64,000 nt of DNA from Escherichia coli. Lineage in GTDB: Bacteria > Pseudomonadota > Gammaproteobacteria > Enterobacterales > Enterobacteriaceae. Below, one piece after another: positions 56,636 to 64,000 of the stretch; the stretch's first letter is position 1, and every line of letters begins with the position of its first letter. Below the pieces are notes generated by a model. That model was not told where the DNA came from and made no database searches. It saw only the letters and a program-made list of their open reading frames with translations. The position numbers and the translations under genes were made by a program. The stretch lies in the NCBI RefSeq assembly GCF_030384885.1, contig NZ_CP128613.1; one strand, 5' to 3'.

Positions 56636-58345
56636 ATGTCTGAAGAAAAATTAGGTCAACATTATCTCGCCGCGCTGAATGAGGCATTTCCGGGCGTCGT
56701 GCTGGACCACGCCTGGCAGACCAAAGATCAGCTGACTGTCACCGTGAAGGTGAACTATCTGCCGGAAGTGGTGGAGTTCCTCTACTACAAGCAGGGGGGC
56801 TGGCTGTCGGTGCTGTTTGGTAACGACGAACGCAAACTGAATGGTCATTACGCCGTTTATTACGTGCTGTCGATGGAGAAGGGCACCAAGTGTTGGATTA
56901 CGGTTCGCGTCGAAGTTGACGCCAACAAACCAGAATATCCGTCCGTGACGCCGCGCGTTCCGGCGGCGGTGTGGGGCGAGCGTGAAGTGCGCGATATGTA
57001 CGGTTTGATTCCGGTAGGGCTTCCGGATGAACGCCGTCTGGTGCTGCCGGATGACTGGCCGGATGAACTCTACCCGCTGCGTAAAGACAGCATGGATTAT
57101 CGTCAACGTCCGGCACCAACTACTGATGCTGAAACCTACGAGTTCATCAACGAACTGGGCGACAAGAAAAACAACGTCGTGCCGATTGGTCCACTGCACG
57201 TCACTTCTGATGAACCGGGCCACTTCCGTCTGTTCGTTGATGGCGAAAACATTATCGACGCCGACTACCGCCTGTTCTATGTCCATCGCGGCATGGAAAA
57301 ACTGGCGGAAACCCGCATGGGTTACAACGAAGTGACCTTCCTCTCTGACCGAGTTTGTGGGATCTGCGGCTTTGCCCACAGCACCGCTTACACCACGTCG
57401 GTGGAAAACGCGATGGGTATTCAGGTGCCAGAACGTGCGCAGATGATTCGCGCCATTTTGCTGGAAGTGGAACGCCTGCACTCGCATCTGCTCAACCTTG
57501 GCCTTGCCTGCCACTTCACTGGCTTTGACTCCGGTTTTATGCAGTTCTTCCGCGTGCGTGAAACCTCCATGAAAATGGCGGAGATCCTTACCGGTGCGCG
57601 TAAAACCTACGGCCTGAACCTGATCGGCGGGATTCGTCGCGATCTGCTGAAAGATGACATGATCCAGACCCGTCAACTGGCGCAGCAGATGCGTCGTGAA
57701 GTGCAGGAGCTGGTGGATGTGCTGCTGAGCACACCGAACATGGAACAGCGCACTGTCGGCATTGGTCGTCTGGACCCGGAAATTGCCCGCGACTTCAGTA
57801 ACGTCGGCCCGATGGTCCGCGCCAGCGGTCACGCCCGCGATACCCGTGCCGATCACCCGTTTGTTGGTTATGGCCTGCTGCCAATGGAAGTCCACAGCGA
57901 GCAGGGCTGCGACGTGATTTCCCGTCTGAAAGTGCGTATCAACGAAGTCTATACCGCGCTGAACATGATCGACTACGGTCTGGATAACCTGCCGGGTGGC
58001 CCGCTGATGGTGGAAGGCTTTACCTACATTCCGCACCGTTTTGCGCTGGGCTTTGCCGAAGCGCCGCGCGGTGATGATATTCACTGGAGCATGACCGGCG
58101 ACAACCAGAAGCTGTACCGCTGGCGCTGCCGTGCCGCGACCTACGCGAACTGGCCGACCTTGCGCTACATGCTGCGCGGCAACACCGTTTCTGATGCGCC
58201 GCTGATTATTGGTAGCCTGGACCCTTGCTACTCCTGTACCGACCGCATGACCGTGGTCGATGTGCGTAAGAAGAAGAGCAAAGTGGTGCCGTACAAAGAA
58301 CTTGAGCGCTACAGCATTGAGCGTAAAAACTCGCCGCTGAAATAA
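56636..58345 (+). CDS. hycE: Hydrogenase 3 [NiFe] large subunit (569 aa)
   Basis: Start MSEEKLGQHY; RVCGICGFAHS and C-terminal DPCYSCTDR Ni-binding motifs. Confidence 0.95.
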   Translation: MSEEKLGQHYLAALNEAFPGVVLDHAWQTKDQLTVTVKVNYLPEVVEFLYYKQGGWLSVLFGNDERKLNGHYAVYYVLSMEKGTKCWITVRVEVDANKPEYPSVTPRVPAAVWGEREVRDMYGLIPVGLPDERRLVLPDDWPDELYPLRKDSMDYRQRPAPTTDAETYEFINELGDKKNNVVPIGPLHVTSDEPGHFRLFVDGENIIDADYRLFYVHRGMEKLAETRMGYNEVTFLSDRVCGICGFAHSTAYTTSVENAMGIQVPERAQMIRAILLEVERLHSHLLNLGLACHFTGFDSGFMQFFRVRETSMKMAEILTGARKTYGLNLIGGIRRDLLKDDMIQTRQLAQQMRREVQELVDVLLSTPNMEQRTVGIGRLDPEIARDFSNVGPMVRASGHARDTRADHPFVGYGLLPMEVHSEQGCDVISRLKVRINEVYTALNMIDYGLDNLPGGPLMVEGFTYIPHRFALGFAEAPRGDDIHWSMTGDNQKLYRWRCRAATYANWPTLRYMLRGNTVSDAPLIIGSLDPCYSCTDRMTVVDVRKKKSKVVPYKELERYSIERKNSPLK

Positions 58346-58354
58346 GGAATCGCC

Positions 58355-58897
58355 ATGTTTACCTTTATCAAAAAAGTCATCAAAACCGGCACGGCGACCT
58401 CGTCTTACCCGCTGGAGCCGATTGCGGTTGATAAAAACTTCCGTGGTAAGCCAGAGCAGAACCCGCAGCAGTGCATCGGCTGTGCAGCCTGCGTCAATGC
58501 CTGCCCGTCAAACGCCTTAACGGTTGAAACTGACCTCGCCACCGGTGAGCTGGCGTGGGAGTTCAATCTTGGACGCTGCATCTTCTGTGGACGCTGCGAA
58601 GAAGTCTGCCCGACGGCGGCAATCAAACTGTCGCAAGAGTACGAACTGGCGGTGTGGAAGAAAGAAGATTTCCTGCAACAGTCCCGCTTCGCGCTGTGCA
58701 ACTGCCGCGTCTGCAATCGTCCTTTCGCCGTCCAGAAAGAGATCGACTACGCCATTGCGCTGCTTAAGCACAATGGTGACAACCGTGCGGAAAACCACCG
58801 CGAAAGCTTTGAGACTTGCCCGGAATGTAAGCGCCAGAAATGCCTGGTGCCGTCTGACCGTATTGAACTGACTCGCCATATGAAAGAGGCCATCTGA
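58355..58897 (+). CDS. hycF: Formate hydrogenlyase 4Fe-4S subunit (180 aa)
   Basis: [12 protein letters not shown] and [12 protein letters not shown] motifs. Confidence 0.93.
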   Translation: MFTFIKKVIKTGTATSSYPLEPIAVDKNFRGKPEQNPQQCIGCAACVNACPSNALTVETDLATGELAWEFNLGRCIFCGRCEEVCPTAAIKLSQEYELAVWKKEDFLQQSRFALCNCRVCNRPFAVQKEIDYAIALLKHNGDNRAENHRESFETCPECKRQKCLVPSDRIELTRHMKEAI

Positions 58898-59664
58898 TGA
58901 GCAATTTATTAGGCCCCCGTGACGCCAACGGCATTCCGGTCCCGATGACGGTGGATGAATCCATCGCCAGTATGAAGGCGTCGTTACTGAAAAAAATCAA
59001 ACGTTCTGCCTACGTTTACCGCGTGGACTGCGGCGGCTGCAACGGCTGCGAAATTGAAATTTTCGCTACCTTATCGCCGCTGTTCGATGCAGAACGCTTC
59101 GGCATTAAAGTTGTGCCGTCTCCGCGTCATGCGGATATTTTACTGTTTACCGGCGCGGTCACCCGTGCAATGCGATCCCCTGCGCTGCGTGCGTGGCAGT
59201 CTGCGCCGGACCCGAAAATCTGTATCTCCTACGGCGCCTGCGGTAACAGCGGCGGGATCTTCCACGATCTCTACTGCGTGTGGGGTGGTACGGATAAAAT
59301 CGTCCCGGTGGATGTCTACATTCCGGGGTGCCCGCCAACGCCTGCCGCCACGCTGTACGGCTTTGCAATGGCGCTTGGCCTGCTGGAGCAGAAAATTCAC
59401 GCCCGTGGGCCGGGTGAACTGGATGAACAACCAGCAGAGATCCTGCATGGCGATATGGTGCAGCCGCTGCGTGTAAAAGTAGATCGCGAAGCACGCCGCC
59501 TGGCGGGTTATCGTTACGGTCGCCAGATTGCCGATGATTTCCTGACGCAGTTAGGGCAGGGTGAAGAGCAGGTTGCACGCTGGCTGGAAGCGGAAAACGA
59601 TCCGCGTCTGAACGAGATTGTCAGCCATCTGAATCATGTTGTTGAAGAGGCGCGTATTCGATGA
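58897..59664 (+). CDS. hycG: Hydrogenase 3 small subunit, NuoB-like (255 aa)
   Basis: CGGCNGC and GCPP motifs. Confidence 0.93.
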   Translation: MSNLLGPRDANGIPVPMTVDESIASMKASLLKKIKRSAYVYRVDCGGCNGCEIEIFATLSPLFDAERFGIKVVPSPRHADILLFTGAVTRAMRSPALRAWQSAPDPKICISYGACGNSGGIFHDLYCVWGGTDKIVPVDVYIPGCPPTPAATLYGFAMALGLLEQKIHARGPGELDEQPAEILHGDMVQPLRVKVDREARRLAGYRYGRQIADDFLTQLGQGEEQVARWLEAENDPRLNEIVSHLNHVVEEARIR

Positions 59665-60071
59665 GTGAAAAGGTGGTGTTCAGTCAACTGAGCCGTAAAT
59701 TTATTGATGAGAACGATGCCACGCCCGCCGAGGCGCAGCAGGTGGTCTATTACAGCCTGGCGATTGGTCACCACCTTGGGGTTATCGATTGCCTGGAAGC
59801 CGCGCTCACCTGCCCGTGGGATGAATATCTGGCATGGATTGCCACTCTGGAGGCGGGCAGTGAAGCCCGCCGTAAAATGGAAGGCGTGCCGAAATATGGT
59901 GAGATCGTTATCGACATTAACCATGTGCCGATGCTGGCCAACGCATTCGATAAAGCCCGGGCAACGCAAACTTCGCAGCAGAAAGAATGGAGTACCATGC
60001 TGTTAAGTATGCTGCATGATATTTATCAGGAAAATGCCATCTATTTGATGGTGAGGAGACTGCGTGACTGA
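59661..60071 (+). CDS. hycH: Formate hydrogenlyase maturation protein HycH (136 aa)
   Basis: Synteny and sequence. Confidence 0.9.
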   Translation: MSEKVVFSQLSRKFIDENDATPAEAQQVVYYSLAIGHHLGVIDCLEAALTCPWDEYLAWIATLEAGSEARRKMEGVPKYGEIVIDINHVPMLANAFDKARATQTSQQKEWSTMLLSMLHDIYQENAIYLMVRRLRD

Positions 60072-60534
60072 CGTTTTACTCTGTGTTGGCAATAGCATGA
60101 TGGGCGATGATGGCGCAGGTCCGCTGCTGGCGGAAAAGTGCGCCGCCGCGCCGAAAGGTAACTGGGTGGTGATTGACGGCGGTAGCGCACCGGAAAACGA
60201 CATTGTCGCCATCCGCGAACTGCGCCCGACGCGACTGCTGATTGTCGACGCCACGGATATGGGGCTAAACCCCGGCGAGATCCGCATCATCGACCCGGAT
60301 GACATCGCTGAGATGTTTATGATGACTACCCATAACATGCCGCTGAACTACCTTATCGACCAGTTGAAAGAAGATATTGGTGAAGTGATTTTCCTCGGTA
60401 TCCAGCCGGATATCGTCGGTTTTTACTACCCGATGACCCAGCCGATTAAAGATGCGGTAGAAACCGTTTATCAACGACTTGAAGGCTGGGAAGGGAATGG
60501 TGGATTTGCGCAGTTAGCGGTGGAAGAAGAGTAG
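60064..60534 (+). CDS. hycI: Hydrogenase 3 maturation endopeptidase HycI (156 aa)
   Basis: Synteny and sequence. Confidence 0.9.
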   Translation: MTDVLLCVGNSMMGDDGAGPLLAEKCAAAPKGNWVVIDGGSAPENDIVAIRELRPTRLLIVDATDMGLNPGEIRIIDPDDIAEMFMMTTHNMPLNYLIDQLKEDIGEVIFLGIQPDIVGFYYPMTQPIKDAVETVYQRLEGWEGNGGFAQLAVEEE

Positions 60535-60701
60535 TTCGTAGACAAACATATTCACGTTTTTGAATCTGGACGTGCTATTGTGACGTTTAGACGGGTGTTT
60601 ACATATTGTGAATACTCGTGTGATCAACTACTATAGAAAAATAAAACCGAAGGAACGGGTAGTCCAGGCTTAGTCATTCAGGCGCTGATAAGGAAGTTAA
60701 A

Positions 60702-61013
60702 ATGCACATCATTTCGAAAGCGCCATTTGAAGAGTGCGCGCGCAAATATCCTAACGACGCTCTGGCTTTACACTCATTGTATCGGGTTATTAAGGAAACG
60801 GATTTTTCTACGCCAGAAGAAATGCGAACGGCGTTTCCCAACCTCGACAATTTTAAATATCGTAACAAATGGTACGTTCTGGATGTAGGCGGGAACAATC
60901 TTAGGGTTATTGCCTACATAAACTTTGTTAATAAGCGGTTCTTTGTGAAGCACATAACGAATCATGCCGAGTATGACAAACTGACACGTTACTACAGAGA
61001 GAACAGAGAATGA
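60702..61013 (+). CDS. HigB-family (RelE/ParE superfamily) toxin, mRNA interferase-like (103 aa)
   Basis: Pattern MHIISKA...AFPNLDNFKYRNKWYVLDVGGNNLRVIA...HAEYD resembles HigB; immediately followed by an overlapping antitoxin-like gene. Confidence 0.75.
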   Translation: MHIISKAPFEECARKYPNDALALHSLYRVIKETDFSTPEEMRTAFPNLDNFKYRNKWYVLDVGGNNLRVIAYINFVNKRFFVKHITNHAEYDKLTRYYRENRE

Positions 61014-61429
61014 CTGCTAATGCTGCACGCGCTGTTAAAGCAACAAGAGAACTGGTCAATGCAGTCCCCTTTCTGGGAGGCAGTGACTCAGAAGATGATT
61101 ATCGTGAAGCACTGGAACTGGTCGAATATTTGATTGAAGAAGATGACACCAATCCACTTATCGACTTTCTGGCGAGCCGCATTGCAGAGTATGAAAACAA
61201 CCACGAAAAGTTTGCAGAGTTCGACAAAGCCGTTGCTGCAATGCCGGTTGGCGTGGCGTTACTTCGCACGTTGATTGATCAACATAATCTGACCTATGCG
61301 GATTTGAAGAACGAAATCGGCTCTAAATCCCTGGTCAGTCAGATTTTGTCTGGACAAAGATCCCTGACGATATCCCACATTAAGGCACTTTCAGCCCGAT
61401 TTGGCGTTAAGCCGGAATGGTTTCTTTGA
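61010..61429 (+). CDS. HigA-family antitoxin with C-terminal XRE-type HTH (139 aa)
   Basis: Overlaps the toxin stop by 4 bp; C-terminal GSKSLVSQILSGQRSLTISHIKALSARFGV HTH resembles HigA. Confidence 0.75.
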   Translation: MTANAARAVKATRELVNAVPFLGGSDSEDDYREALELVEYLIEEDDTNPLIDFLASRIAEYENNHEKFAEFDKAVAAMPVGVALLRTLIDQHNLTYADLKNEIGSKSLVSQILSGQRSLTISHIKALSARFGVKPEWFL

Positions 61430-61459
61430 TTTTTGACAGATGCCAAACGCCAGATTGCC

Positions 61460-61537
61460 CGATGTGCTGCGCTTATCGGGCCTACATGTCGCACGAACTA
61501 TGTAGGCCGGATAAGGCGTTCACGCCGCATCCGGCAC
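61460..61537. repeat. REP/BIME repetitive extragenic palindromes
   Basis: gctgcgcttatcgggcctaca and tgtaggccggataaggcgttcacgccgcatccggca inverted REP units. Confidence 0.75.
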
Positions 61538-61543
61538 GTTTGC

Positions 61544-64000
<2,457 letters not shown>

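Noticed and set aside
56651-58084. 477-aa minus-strand ORF
   Set aside because: Antisense to hycE; no start context; artefact of an open frame opposite a highly expressed gene

Overview
This window reads as Escherichia coli chromosome, spanning the ygcE/ygcF CRISPR array through the cysJIH and iap-cysDNC regions, rpoS, mutS and the hyp/hyc formate hydrogenlyase cluster to ascBF. All gene calls rest on reading the supplied ORF translations and the raw sequence, with family assignments from memory; nothing was searched against a database. Most of the window is well-known core genome, and I do not see an unambiguous, entirely new multi-gene system. The strongest candidates for something under-described are: (1) a decayed type I-E CRISPR-Cas locus in which cas3 is cut off after about 477 codons and runs almost directly into a C-terminal cas5e fragment, so cse1, cse2 and cas7 are absent while cas6e, cas1, cas2 and both arrays remain; (2) an intact HokE-like type I toxin ORF in the cysH-cas3 intergenic region; (3) a HigB/HigA-like toxin-antitoxin pair between hycI and ascB; and (4) the ygcNOPQR / ygcSUW / yqcE-ygcE cluster, whose substrate is unassigned as far as I know, with a perfect CRP-type palindrome in its divergent promoter. 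Other notable points are an in-frame TAA stop inside pphB, a hosA-ecdBCD (MarR regulator plus UbiX/UbiD-type decarboxylase) module next to rpoS, and divergent sigma54 promoters between hypA and hycA. No rRNA, tRNA, IS element or prophage gene was recognised.
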